DNA of 64,000 bases from Deltaproteobacteria bacterium. Lineage in GTDB: Bacteria; Myxococcota_A; UBA9160; SMWR01. Each line of letters opens with the position of its first letter. Position 1 is the stretch's first letter. The stretch lies in the NCBI GenBank assembly GCA_032128375.1, contig JAQBGU010000012.1, positions 45,900 to 109,899 on the forward strand, written 5' to 3'. Under the pieces are notes generated by a model that worked only from the letters and a program-made list of their open reading frames with translations, made no database searches and had not been told where the DNA came from. The translations under genes were made by a program, and so were the position numbers. Shown piece after piece: positions 26,756 to 36,860 of this stretch.

Positions 26756-29464
26756 CTAGAAGGAATCCAGCCGCAGTTGCCTTCGACTCTCTGTTGACGT
26801 GCGCTTCGAGTTCGCGGTTTCGGTGGGAACGGTCCCTTCGAGGAAGGCCTCGAAGACCGTGTCCGCGGAGCCTGCATCCGCAAGCAGACCCGACTTTCGA
26901 TCGATGCGCGCGAACACGATGGGATCTGGCACGGGAAAGTCGCGCTTTGGGCGTTCTTTCAGCGCGACCTGCATGTAATCGACCCAGATCGGCGCAGCGG
27001 CCCGCGAGCCGGTCTCGCCGTTACCCAGGAAGCGACTCTCGTCGTGACCTACCCAAACTCCCGTGGTGATGTCGGGAGAAAAACCGATGAACCAAGCATC
27101 GGCCTGGTCGTTGGTGGTGCCGGTTTTGCCTGCGAGAGGTCGACCCAACTCGCGCAGTCGCCAACCGGTACCGTGCTTGTCTTCGACGACGGCACGCAAC
27201 AAGGCGACTGCGAGGTACGCCTCCTCGGGTGTGATCACCTGCTTGGGGTCGAGCGGAGACTCTGCATCGGGAGATTCTGGTGCTGGGTTCGAATCGGCTA
27301 TTGCATCGGGCATTTCATCGGGAATGGATTCGTCCACGATCCCAGGGAGTTTGCCGGTGATGCTCGGAGTGGGCGCTTCGGCCGCGGTCCCGAGCCGAAC
27401 ATTCTCGAGCAGCACATTGCCGTCGCGATCAGCAACGCGGCGAATCAGCGTCGGGACACTTCGCCGTCCACCGGCGGGGAAGACCGCATAGGCGCGCGTC
27501 ATCTCGAGCAGCGACACATCGCTCGAACCCAGCGCCAGCGACAAGTCGCGGCTCAACGGGGATTCGATCCCAAGCCTCCGCGCATACTCGATGACGAAAT
27601 CCATCCCGATGTCGCGGAATAAATGCACCGTCGCATTGTTGACTGACCTGGATAGTGCTTCGCGCAGCGTGATCGGGCCGTAAAAGCTCCGCTTGTAGTT
27701 GCGCGGCCGCCAGATGAATCCCGATTCCTTATCGGTGTACACGATCGGCCGGTCATAAATGATCGTGGCGGGCGTATAAATCGGCGCGTCCGGGTCAGAA
27801 CGGTGGGCGAGCGCGGCGGCGTAGATGATCGGCTTGAATGCGGAACCTGGCTGACGGTGTGCCTGCGTGACCCGGTTGAACTGGCTCTTTTCAAAGTCGT
27901 ATCCGCCGACGAGCGCAATCACTTCGTCGGTGTTGATGTCGATCGATAACAGCGCACCCTGCACGATCGGGTCCTGGTGCAGCTTCACGCGGAACAGTTC
28001 GGGCGCGTCGAGATCGCTCGGGCTTCCATCAGGTTCTACCGACGCCGAAGAAAATTGCGCTACGTCGCCGGGCGCAAATACTGCCGCGATCGAGCGAACC
28101 GAATACGGGGACCGCTTCGGGTCCGACTCGCGCGCCCAGCTGACGTCCTCGAGCCGCACGATCCCGTCGACACCGGGAGCAAACGCGACGCGCGCGCTCT
28201 TCTCGGCAGAGTCGACCTGGGTCACAACGCCGAGCAGCACCCCATCCGGTTCTGCGAGCCGGTCTTGCGCCCTTTCTCGGATAGAAGCTTCCTCGATAGC
28301 GGTGTCCTCGATAGAGGTTCCCCGGATAGGCGTGTGTTGGATCGACGCGTCGAAATCCTCCGTGTTCTCGATCGAACCGGAGTCGATCTCGGCGGAATCC
28401 GAGTCTGGCGAGACTGTGAGTTCGTTGTCGACTGCGACCCGGAGCACCTCTTCGGCAATGGCTGCAGCCGCGACGCGCCGGACGGGCCCGCGATACCCCT
28501 GACGCCGATCGAGATCCTGCAAGCCCTTGCGCACTGCATCCACGGCGGCGTTCTGTAGCCCGCTCGCCAAGGTCGTTTCGATCGTCAATCCGCCGCGCAG
28601 TACCAGGTCGCCGCCGAGCGATTCGAACAAGTAGCGCCGCACTTCCTCTGTGAAATACAAGGCATTGGGGTCGTCACGGGTGACGTCAGCGTCGGCCAGC
28701 GTTGGTATTTGGGCGACCGCGTCCCGATAGCTCGCATCGTCGATGATGCCATCGATGTGCATCCGGCTGAGCACGTACAGGCGACGCTCCTCAGATCTTT
28801 TCGGGTTGCGAAACGGCGAGTAACGGCTCGGTGCCTTGGGCAGGCCCGCCAGCATCGCACCCTCGGAGATTGTCAGCTCCCCGACCGGCTTTCCGAAATA
28901 CGTCTCGGCCGCCTCCCCGATCCCGTACGCGCCGTGACCGAAATAGATCTGATTCAGGTAGAGGTAGAGAATTTGCTCTTTGGAAAAGCGCTGCTCGATT
29001 CGGTGCGCCAAGATCATCTCGCGGATCTTGCGACGGAAATTCCGCTCGGGAGTGAGCAGCAGCCCTTTGACCATCTGCTGCGTGATCGTGCTCGCTCCTT
29101 GCTTGATTTCGCCCCCAGCGCGCAAATTCACCCAGGCAGCGCGAATGATCGAGGAGTAGTCGATCCCGGCGTGTTCGAAGAACGCACTGTCTTCGCCCGA
29201 GACGAACGCCATTACGACGTGGTTCGGGACGTCCTTGAACTTCGTGATGCGTCGACGCTCTTCGAAATAGGTTGCGATCCGAGCGCCGTCGCGATCGAGC
29301 ACCTGGCTCGAAATAGGCGGTCGGTAATCCTCGATGTTGCGCAGGTCGGGCAAGTGCTGAAGGAAGGCCATGTAGAACATGAACCCAGCGCCGAGGCTCG
29401 CCATCGCCAGCAAGCCCACCAGTACAATGAGCATCCGAACGACCCGTGACCGGGGAAAAGCCAT
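26756..29464 (-). CDS. mrcA: Penicillin-binding protein 1A
   Basis: EDSAFFEH, GASTITQQ, RKIRE, RQPGSAFK, SVN, GKTGTTN; OB-like insert. Confidence 0.93.
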   Translation of the reverse strand: MAFPRSRVVRMLIVLVGLLAMASLGAGFMFYMAFLQHLPDLRNIEDYRPPISSQVLDRDGARIATYFEERRRITKFKDVPNHVVMAFVSGEDSAFFEHAGIDYSSIIRAAWVNLRAGGEIKQGASTITQQMVKGLLLTPERNFRRKIREMILAHRIEQRFSKEQILYLYLNQIYFGHGAYGIGEAAETYFGKPVGELTISEGAMLAGLPKAPSRYSPFRNPKRSEERRLYVLSRMHIDGIIDDASYRDAVAQIPTLADADVTRDDPNALYFTEEVRRYLFESLGGDLVLRGGLTIETTLASGLQNAAVDAVRKGLQDLDRRQGYRGPVRRVAAAAIAEEVLRVAVDNELTVSPDSDSAEIDSGSIENTEDFDASIQHTPIRGTSIEDTAIEEASIRERAQDRLAEPDGVLLGVVTQVDSAEKSARVAFAPGVDGIVRLEDVSWARESDPKRSPYSVRSIAAVFAPGDVAQFSSASVEPDGSPSDLDAPELFRVKLHQDPIVQGALLSIDINTDEVIALVGGYDFEKSQFNRVTQAHRQPGSAFKPIIYAAALAHRSDPDAPIYTPATIIYDRPIVYTDKESGFIWRPRNYKRSFYGPITLREALSRSVNNATVHLFRDIGMDFVIEYARRLGIESPLSRDLSLALGSSDVSLLEMTRAYAVFPAGGRRSVPTLIRRVADRDGNVLLENVRLGTAAEAPTPSITGKLPGIVDESIPDEMPDAIADSNPAPESPDAESPLDPKQVITPEEAYLAVALLRAVVEDKHGTGWRLRELGRPLAGKTGTTNDQADAWFIGFSPDITTGVWVGHDESRFLGNGETGSRAAAPIWVDYMQVALKERPKRDFPVPDPIVFARIDRKSGLLADAGSADTVFEAFLEGTVPTETANSKRTSTESRRQLRLDSF

Positions 29465-29550
29465 CAAATCTCCATGGGTTACCCGACCGTAGCCGACGGC
29501 CGGCGCCCTGCGCTACCGCTTGGACACGCTCGGCATACAGGCGGGGAAAC

Positions 29551-30516
29551 ATGAAGAAGTCTTCAAGGCTGACTTTCGCGTTTGTGATGGACCCCTTGGA
29601 ACGAGTCGATATCCATGCCGACACGACATTTGTCTTGATGCTGGAAGCGCAGCGTCGTGGACATCGCGTGTTGTACATCGACCCCTCGGATCTGGGGGTC
29701 TCAGACGCTGGCCCTTTCGCCCGCTGTCGGGAGGTCACGTTGCGTCGCGAGTCCGGTAACCACGCGGATTTCGGCGATTTGCAGCGCATTTCGCTGGATG
29801 ACGAGGCCGCTGTGGTGTTCCAGCGGGTGGACCCACCGGTCGACGAGGCCTACGTGGTGGCAACCCAGATGTTGGCGCTGTGCCGCCGCGCGCAGGTGCT
29901 GAATCGGCCCCAGAGCATTCTGGCCGCCAATGAGAAGCTGTACGCGCTCCATTTCTCGGAGTTGATGGCGGAAACGCTGGTGACCCGACGGATCGAGGAG
30001 TTGTACGAGTTCCTCGAGCGCCTAGGCGGCGAGATGATCGTCAAGCCGCTCGACGGCAAGGGCGGTGAGGGAATCTTCTATCTGCAGCGCAACGACCGCA
30101 ACCTGCGATCGATCCTGGAGCAATCGACGCGCTTCGAGACCCGTCCGATCATGGCCCAGCGCTACCTACCGGAGGTTCGCACCGGCGACAAACGCATCCT
30201 GCTCGTTGACGGGGAACCGATCGGAGCCGTCCTTCGAGTGCCTTCCGAATCCGAAATTCGTTCGAACCTTCATGTTGGGGGTCGTCCCCATCAGTCAGCG
30301 CTCGACGAGAGCGATCATGCGATCGTGAAGGTGCTGGCGCCGGCGCTCCGACGAGATGGGCTCTTCTTCGTCGGTATCGACGTGATCGGTGGCTTCCTGA
30401 CGGAGGTCAATGTGACCAGCCCGACTGGCGTGCAAGAGATCAACGCGCTGGAAAATCGATGTCTCGAAGCAGAAATCCTCGACGGTGTGGAGGCGCGTCT
30501 GCGTCGCAGCCGATGA
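29551..30516 (+). CDS. gshB: Glutathione synthetase
   Basis: FVMDP, RVDPPVD, NEKL, KPLDGKGGEGIF, GDKRIL, RSNLHVGG, EVNVTSPTG. Confidence 0.95.
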   Translation: MKKSSRLTFAFVMDPLERVDIHADTTFVLMLEAQRRGHRVLYIDPSDLGVSDAGPFARCREVTLRRESGNHADFGDLQRISLDDEAAVVFQRVDPPVDEAYVVATQMLALCRRAQVLNRPQSILAANEKLYALHFSELMAETLVTRRIEELYEFLERLGGEMIVKPLDGKGGEGIFYLQRNDRNLRSILEQSTRFETRPIMAQRYLPEVRTGDKRILLVDGEPIGAVLRVPSESEIRSNLHVGGRPHQSALDESDHAIVKVLAPALRRDGLFFVGIDVIGGFLTEVNVTSPTGVQEINALENRCLEAEILDGVEARLRRSR

Positions 30517-30588
30517 CCCATCACTGGCCGTAACCGCGCGCACCGTCGGCAAGAAGCCGATTCGGGGCCGAAAGCGACTAGAAGGGCA

Positions 30589-30617
30589 TTGACACACGCG
30601 ATTGTGCCCATCATGAT
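30589..30617 (+). promoter_or_regulatory. Sigma70-type promoter upstream of the histone-like gene
   Basis: TTGACA-17 nt-CATGAT. Confidence 0.6.
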
Positions 30618-30951
30618 TCCGTCGGTGCAGGGCCGATCCCCCCCTACGGCCCGTCGTTGTGCACTTCCTCCGAGCTGAATCGCCGTCCGATTTATCCAAG
30701 GACTCCATGTCCAAGGACAATTTCCAAGGACAATGGACTGATACAAAGCTGATACAGGATCTGGGTCGTCGCAGTCGTTGCCGCCGGTTTGTTGCCGCTT
30801 CAGATTTTGATTGAAGGGCTTGGATGGCGAGCTGAATGCTGAATCTGAATGCTGAATCTGAATAAAGTCAACTGGGTACCCGCGCTCCTTCCCCTCCCGG
30901 TGCGGGACGAATCTCAACTCAATAGCTCAATAGATAGGAAGGAGATGGCCG

Positions 30952-31405
30952 ATGGCCACAGTCGTAGCGAAGACCGCAATCAAACGTGAGAAAGGTTGGC
31001 TCTACTACCTCGACAAGACTGGCGATGTGAGTCGCGCAAAAATGGCTCGGGGTGGGGGGCAAGGGTCCCAAGGGTCGAGAGAAGGTCGTGAAGGTCGGAA
31101 TCGACCGAGAGAACGGCTTCCTGTACTTCATCGACAAGAACGGCCACGTTGCCAAGGTCAAGATGAAGCGATCAGTCGCCAAGAAGACGACACGGAAGAC
31201 CGCAGGTAAGAAGCCGGTACGACGCAAAGTTGCCAAGAAGACGGCAACCAAGAGGACGGCCAAGAAGAAGCCGGCCCGTCGCAAAGTCGCCAAGAAGTCG
31301 GCGATAAAGAAGAGGACGGTTGGCAAGAGGACCGCACGCAAGAAGCCGGCACGCCGCAAGGTTGCCAAAAAGAGGACCGTGCGCCGCAAGGCCGCGCGCA
31401 GATAG
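30952..31405 (+). CDS. Basic histone-like protein: two N-terminal repeats plus a Lys/Arg/Ala-rich tail; frameshift in a G-run
   Basis: Removing one G from G6 (31054-31059) fuses ORFs 30952 and 31052 into 150 aa. Repeats VVAKTAIKREKGWLYYLDKTGDVSRAKM and VVKVGIDRENGFLYFIDKNGHVAKVKM; tail (KKPARRKVAKK)n. Confidence 0.75.
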
Positions 31406-31420
31406 CGGGGCGTTCGGGGG

Positions 31421-31450
31421 CCGAACCGGCGGTTTGCCCCGCCGGTTCGG
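31421..31450 (+). terminator. GC-rich hairpin after the histone-like gene
   Basis: CCGAACCGGCGG / CCGCCGGTTCGG perfect 12-bp stem; no clear U tract. Confidence 0.55.
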
Positions 31451-31577
31451 CGGCCCTGGTTGCTAAGCGTTACTCGTCGAGATTTGTTGTTACTCTCACT
31501 CGGCGTGCTCGCTTTCCGCGGGTTTTCCGCATGCGGGCTCGACGAGCTGGTGAGTTAGGCGAATTGAGGCGAGCCTC

Positions 31578-33080
31578 TTGAGCGGTAATCCAGAGACACC
31601 AGACGAGGCCATCAAAGGCGCTCGCCGCGAATCGACTGCCGCCGCGTACGGGATCCTCATCGTCGACGACGAGCAAGCGATTCTCGAGTCGCTTCAGATG
31701 ACGTTCGGCGCAGACTACCGCGTCCATACCGCTCAAAGCGGAGCGCATGGGCTCGAGATTCTCGAGCGCGAAGATATCGCGTTGATCATCGCGGACCAGG
31801 TACTACCCGCCATGCTGGGCGTGGAGTTCCTGGAACGATCGATCGAAATCGAACCACGCGCGATCCGAATCCTGCTGACGGGCTATGCCGATATCGGATC
31901 GCTGACCCGCGCCGTGAACGAAGGCAGAATCTACCGCTACATCGCGAAGCCGTGGGAGCCCGACGAGATCCGGGTCACCGTCAAGCGTGCACTCGAAACG
32001 TACGCACTCGCCGATGAACTCGCGCAAGCCAATCTGAAGCTGCGCGCGGAAAACATGTTTCTCCGTCGCGAGGTCGAGCGCCGCTACTCGTTCGACCAGA
32101 TCATCGGTTCGAGCCCGTCGATGCAAGCGATGTTCGGAATCATGGAGAAGGTCGCGCAGACCGACGCGACGGTGCTGATCAGCGGCGAGACCGGTACCGG
32201 CAAGGACCTCGTCGCGCGCGCACTGCATTATTCCGGCGACCGCAAGAATGGCAGATTCGTGGCACAGAACTGTGCAGCCCTGCCCGACACGCTGCTGGAA
32301 AGTGAACTCTTCGGTCACCGTCGGGGAGCCTTCACTGGTGCTCACGCGGACAAAAAGGGGCTCTTCGAAGAGGCCCATCGGGGGACAATCTTTCTCGACG
32401 AGGTCGGAGAGACGCACCCGGGGATGCAGGTTCGCTTGCTGCGCGTTCTGCAGGACGGAGAAATTCGCCCGCTTGGATCGTCGGATACCCATAACGTCGA
32501 TGTCCGGATCATCGCCGCAACCAATCGCGATCTCAGGCAAGAGGTCGAAGAAGGGCGCTTCCGGGAAGATCTCTACTACCGGCTGCGTGTGGTCGAAATC
32601 CAGTTACCACCGCTGCGGGAACGAACGCTCGACGTGCCTGCACTCGCGCATCATTTTCTGGATGAAGTGAATCGGAAGATGAAACGCGAGGTCAAGGGCT
32701 TCACGAACGCCGCAATGGATTGTCTGGTGCGTTACAGCTGGCCGGGCAACGTCCGCGAACTCGAAAACGAAATCGAACGCACCTTGGCGCTGGCAGGAGG
32801 TGTCGACACGATCAGCGAAGACATGCTGTCCGAGTACATTCGCGGTTCGTCGGGTCGAGCCGTCGGTGGCGATGGATTCGCGGCTCGCTCGGTAGCGAGC
32901 CCTTCGCTGGTAGACTCGTCATTCGAAGCGATGGGCCTCAACGAAGCGGTAGACGCGCTCAAGCAGCAGATGATCCTCGAAGCCATCGAGGCAACGGGAA
33001 GCAAGACCCGCGCGGCGGACAAGCTCGGAATACCGCGCCAGTCGCTGCAGAAGATGATGAAGCGACTGAACCTCAAGTAG
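31578..33080 (+). CDS. Sigma-54-dependent response regulator (NtrC family)
   Basis: REC domain (LIVDDE, ADQ, KPW), GETGTGKD, ESELFGH, GAFTGA, WPGNVREL, Fis-type HTH. Confidence 0.93.
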   Translation: MSGNPETPDEAIKGARRESTAAAYGILIVDDEQAILESLQMTFGADYRVHTAQSGAHGLEILEREDIALIIADQVLPAMLGVEFLERSIEIEPRAIRILLTGYADIGSLTRAVNEGRIYRYIAKPWEPDEIRVTVKRALETYALADELAQANLKLRAENMFLRREVERRYSFDQIIGSSPSMQAMFGIMEKVAQTDATVLISGETGTGKDLVARALHYSGDRKNGRFVAQNCAALPDTLLESELFGHRRGAFTGAHADKKGLFEEAHRGTIFLDEVGETHPGMQVRLLRVLQDGEIRPLGSSDTHNVDVRIIAATNRDLRQEVEEGRFREDLYYRLRVVEIQLPPLRERTLDVPALAHHFLDEVNRKMKREVKGFTNAAMDCLVRYSWPGNVRELENEIERTLALAGGVDTISEDMLSEYIRGSSGRAVGGDGFAARSVASPSLVDSSFEAMGLNEAVDALKQQMILEAIEATGSKTRAADKLGIPRQSLQKMMKRLNLK

Positions 33081-33234
33081 AGTGTGATCGCCAGACACCA
33101 CAGCCATTACACAAGTCACGACGACTTTAGCGACTACAGCGTCGGCGAAGCGAAGCTGCGCGATCGACTATTTGTTCGATCGCGCTGTGAGTTTTTTCAC
33201 AAGTCTCCGGGCGAACTGTTATCCTGGCTCGCTT

Positions 33235-33759
33235 ATGGAGACGGTCCATATTTCCGAGTCGGCTTCACCGATCGGTACCTTCCGTGTCGCTTCCACACAG
33301 CGCGGGTTGGCCTATCTAGAACTCCCACATGCGAGTGGACGCGGTCTGCATGCGTGGTTGCAACGATGTGTCCCCGACGCGTACTGCGTCGATGACTCCG
33401 GGCCCAACAAACCCGCGATCGAGCAGATTCTTCAGTATCTGGCGTGTGATCGAACCGATTTCGACATTCCGCTCGATCTTCGCGGAACGCCGTTTCAAAA
33501 AGACGTTTGGGCGAGGTTGCTCGAGATTCCGTACGGGGACAGTTGTAGCTATGCGGATGTCGCGCGATCGGTGGGCCGCCCGAAAGCCGTGAGGGCAGTG
33601 GGGATGGCAAACAGCGCGAACCCGGTCGCGCTGATCGTGCCGTGCCATCGCGTGATCGCGGCCGATGGGTCACTCGGAGGCTACGGGGGTGGCGCCGAGC
33701 TCAAGCGCAAGTTGCTCGCGATGGAGCAATCGCGACCCTGTGCGTCGCGTTTGCTCTAG
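33235..33759 (+). CDS. ogt: Methylated-DNA--protein-cysteine S-methyltransferase
   Basis: GTPFQKDVW, IPYG, RAVG, PCHRVI, LGGYGGG. Confidence 0.93.
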   Translation: METVHISESASPIGTFRVASTQRGLAYLELPHASGRGLHAWLQRCVPDAYCVDDSGPNKPAIEQILQYLACDRTDFDIPLDLRGTPFQKDVWARLLEIPYGDSCSYADVARSVGRPKAVRAVGMANSANPVALIVPCHRVIAADGSLGGYGGGAELKRKLLAMEQSRPCASRLL

Positions 33760-33820
33760 ACCAGCACCGCGCTTGCGATCGCAGCAGTCGACAGCGAGCA
33801 AGATGTGTCGCTCTTTGGCC

Positions 33821-33850
33821 TTGACGCTATCTTACTAGCAAGCTAACAAT
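33821..33850 (+). promoter_or_regulatory. Promoter/operator of the RHH-VOC pair
   Basis: TTGACG...TAACAAT just before the GTG, overlapped by GCTA/TAGC repeats. Confidence 0.5.
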
Positions 33851-33854
33851 CGGT

Positions 33855-34031
33855 GTGCCTTCGATCCAAAACCCAACGATCAAGCAGTTCAACGTCTACT
33901 TGCCCACGGATCTGATCCGACAGGTGAAGCACCACGCCGTGGACACCGAGCAATCGCTGTCCGCCATCGTTACAACGGCGCTCAACGAGTACCTCGCATC
34001 CGCCCATCTAGCCGAAAAGGCCAGGGAGTAG
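33855..34031 (+). CDS. CopG/RHH transcriptional regulator (58 aa)
   Basis: [38 protein letters not shown]; too short for the ORF track. Confidence 0.8.
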   Translation: MPSIQNPTIKQFNVYLPTDLIRQVKHHAVDTEQSLSAIVTTALNEYLASAHLAEKARE

Positions 34032-34033
34032 CT

Positions 34034-34432
34034 ATGTCCACACAGGGATTCGCTGGCTTTTACGTCGAGACCCGAAACTACGGCGCGACCGCGGCGTTTT
34101 GGCGCTCGCTCGGCTTCGTCAATGCCTTCGAGACCGACCACGGATCGGGCCAGTGGAAGCACCCCTCCGGTGGTCCCTACGTGTTCATTGCCGAGCGAGC
34201 AGACCCCGAGCACGTGCTACTCAGCTATCCGATCCTCAGCGTCACTGATTCGACCCGCTTTGCGCCCGATCGAACGCCCGAATATGCCCGGTCGTTCGCG
34301 CCACAGCATTGGGGTGTCGTCGAAGCGCTCGTCATCGACCCCGATGAGCGTCTGGTGAGCTTGCAGGCGCCACTTCCTGACGGCGTGGCCGCGCCGGATA
34401 GGGACGCTCATCACGAGCAGAAATACGGCTGA
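34034..34432 (+). CDS. VOC/glyoxalase-family protein
   Basis: YVETRNYGATAAFWRSLGF...QHWGVVEALVIDPD. Confidence 0.8.
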   Translation: MSTQGFAGFYVETRNYGATAAFWRSLGFVNAFETDHGSGQWKHPSGGPYVFIAERADPEHVLLSYPILSVTDSTRFAPDRTPEYARSFAPQHWGVVEALVIDPDERLVSLQAPLPDGVAAPDRDAHHEQKYG

Positions 34433-34503
34433 GCTTTGAGCCATCCGCGGGGAGTCGAACCAACCACGGCAGCCGCTTTGCTAGACGGGTCGCGCTCCCG
34501 CAA

Positions 34504-35372
34504 TCATGTGACGCCAGAGCGGCGCGACTCACCCACCGCGAAGTCCCCATTCGCGTTGGGTTGAACCGAAGCGTTGTCCTGGACGAGGATGTCGTGACCG
34601 CGCCAAACGTGGTCATGGAGCGGCGCATGTGCTTCCGCGTGTTCCTGCAGGCTGCGTAGCAGTGCGCGTCCCTCCGCGACGGACATTCCCTCGACATGCT
34701 TTGCGCAGTCGAGATCGATGAACCATGAGAGCCCACCCGTGATCGGGTGCGTTCTCGCGATGGGGTGCGAGGCCTCGACCAGCTGATCGTTTGGACCGCG
34801 GGCGGGTACACGCGGTGGGAACGCGCTTCGGTTGTCCTCTGGTTGTCCTCTGGTTGTCCTTTGGTTGTCTCAGACATTCACGGAGCGAAGGCCCACGAGG
34901 CGCAGCTTCAGGTCGGGAGCCAGCAGATCGTATGCCGCCCGCATATCGAGAAAGCTGGTGTTCCCGCCGCCGCAGGCAATTGGCGCGCGACAAGGATCGT
35001 GGCCGCGGCCGGCTCTTCGGTGTAGGTGTCGTCGCACTGAAACGTCTCGAACAGACCGGGCCGTTGGTCGTCCAATCCGCCGAAAGACACAGCGCCCAGT
35101 TTCTCGCGCAACTCGTCAGTCATCACAAAACCCGAGTCGACCACCTGTCGATCGCGGTCGTAGCGCATCATGGAGCCAGCCTGGCTGCGGCCCGATCGGG
35201 TCCTTGACCGGTCCGATTCCCTCGGCCAACGCGCGAAACGCTTCATTGTCGAGCACACGACGCATGCGGACACAAACGACAGCGTGCTTCGCGAGTGCAC
35301 GGCGAAAGCCCTGTTGTGCCTGTGGTCTCCGCGGAGTGCGCTGGCGCCCCCGTCACCCAACGCGCGTCGCAT
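34504..35372 (-). pseudogene. TauD/TfdA-family dioxygenase pseudogene
   Basis: Pieces in different frames: ALAKHAVVCVR; QCDDTYTEEPAAATIL; GNTSFLDMRAAYDLL; HPIARTHPITG; HVWRGHDILVQDN. Frameshifts, an internal TGA and lost His ligands. Confidence 0.8.
34830..34870. repeat. 11-bp tandem repeat GGTTGTCCTCT (about 3.7 copies)
   Basis: ggttgtcctct ggttgtcctct ggttgtccttt ggttgtct. Confidence 0.85.
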
Positions 35373-35495
35373 GAAGATCGCGTCGGCTGCGCGCCGCTGG
35401 CTAGACTGAAGCGAGAATGTCGAGACCCGCGAGATTGTAGACGCGGTACTCGGAGAAAGACTTCGAGACGTGGAGGAGGAAGGGGGCTTCGACCC

Positions 35496-36656
35496 GTGGT
35501 TTCGGATACTGGCGATCTTGGCGTCGTGATGAGCGGCGGCGGAGCGCGCGCTGCATACCAGGTAGGTCTCCTTCAGGCGCTTGCCGAGCGCGTGCCCGGC
35601 CTGCGTATCGACATCCTTACGGGGGTCTCCGCCGGCGCCATCAATGCAGCCCATCTTGCGAACCATCGAGGCAATTTCGCCGAGGCCGTCGACGACTTGA
35701 GCCGTCTCTGGCTGGGACTGACCACTGACGACGTCTTCCGCACCGACTGGTGGTCGCTGTTCAGCCGCGTGGTCCGATCGGGTACGCAGCTCGTCTCCGG
35801 TGGCCATCGCGTCCCTGGCCGCTCGCAGGGGATGGTCGATACCCAGCCGCTGCGTGTCCTGTTGAACCGGGAACTCGGGGCACAGACCGATCTCGGCGAG
35901 CTGTGCGGGATTCGTGAGAATCTGTCGCGTGGCCGGCTTCGGGCGGTGGCGATTACCACTTCGAGCTACAGCTCCGGCACGTCGGTCACGTGGGTCGAAG
36001 GTCGCGAGATCGAACCCTGGCAACGCGCCCACCGGATTGGAAGGGCCTGTCGGTTGACAGTCGAGCACGTCATGGCCTCGGCGAGCCTTCCGCTGCTTTT
36101 TCCCGCCGTGCCGCTCGCCAGCGAATGGCACGGCGACGGCGGGATCCGGCTTTCGGCGCCGCTTTCCCCAGCCGTACACCTGGGCGCGCGGCGCATCCTC
36201 GCCGTCTCTACTCGACACCGGCGCCCGCCTGGCCGAGAACCCGCCGCCATGATTCGCGGCTATCCGCCACCCGCGCAAATCGCTGGATCACTCCTCAACG
36301 CGCTGTTCCTCGATTTGTTCGACGGAGACGCATTGCGTCTCGAGCGCATCAACGAGCTGCTCGGCGCGCAGGAGTCGCACAGGGGTGCGCGCCGAGTCGA
36401 ACTCCTGCTGTTACGACCCTCTCGCGACCTCGGTGAGCTGGCGAACACCCACGAACCTCGGCTCCCGCGCGGTTTTCGCTTTCTGACCCGCGGTCTGGGT
36501 ACGCAGCAGACGCGCTCCAACGACCTGCTGAGCCTCATCATGTTCCAACCCGACTATCTACGCGAGTTGGTCGAACTGGGTCGCACCGACGCGCTCGATC
36601 GGATCGATGAGATCCTCGGCTTTGTCGGTGGGGCCGGGCCCGCGGCGGACGCATGA
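35496..36656 (+). CDS. Patatin-like phospholipase
   Basis: SGGGARAAYQVG, GVSAG, DGG. Confidence 0.92.
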   Translation: MVSDTGDLGVVMSGGGARAAYQVGLLQALAERVPGLRIDILTGVSAGAINAAHLANHRGNFAEAVDDLSRLWLGLTTDDVFRTDWWSLFSRVVRSGTQLVSGGHRVPGRSQGMVDTQPLRVLLNRELGAQTDLGELCGIRENLSRGRLRAVAITTSSYSSGTSVTWVEGREIEPWQRAHRIGRACRLTVEHVMASASLPLLFPAVPLASEWHGDGGIRLSAPLSPAVHLGARRILAVSTRHRRPPGREPAAMIRGYPPPAQIAGSLLNALFLDLFDGDALRLERINELLGAQESHRGARRVELLLLRPSRDLGELANTHEPRLPRGFRFLTRGLGTQQTRSNDLLSLIMFQPDYLRELVELGRTDALDRIDEILGFVGGAGPAADA

Positions 36657-36860
36657 GACGATTCGGCGCCGCATGACGCATGACGCATGACGGGACGGCA
36701 TCAGAAGTCATGACCGTTCGAGCCGGGCCGGCACGGCGTCGCGGGACGCTGGCCAGCCGCGCGCACGGGAGTTCTGCCGCGATCGGTGCCTGCGGGCGCG
36801 TTTCGATCCGGCGTGGCGAAGAGGCCGACTCAGTGGCCCCGGAAGTGTAAGATCGCGCCC

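Noticed and set aside
25457..33080. Histidine kinase and NtrC regulator as a cognate pair
   Set aside because: Opposite strands, separated by three genes; no sequence evidence for pairing.
34830..34870. CRISPR array (also considered at 10502-10570 and 30695-30865)
   Set aside because: Units of 6-12 bp without unique spacers; no cas genes.
34908..36278. 456-aa minus-strand ORF as one gene
   Set aside because: Mostly antisense to the patatin gene; only its last ~85 codons belong to the TauD pseudogene.
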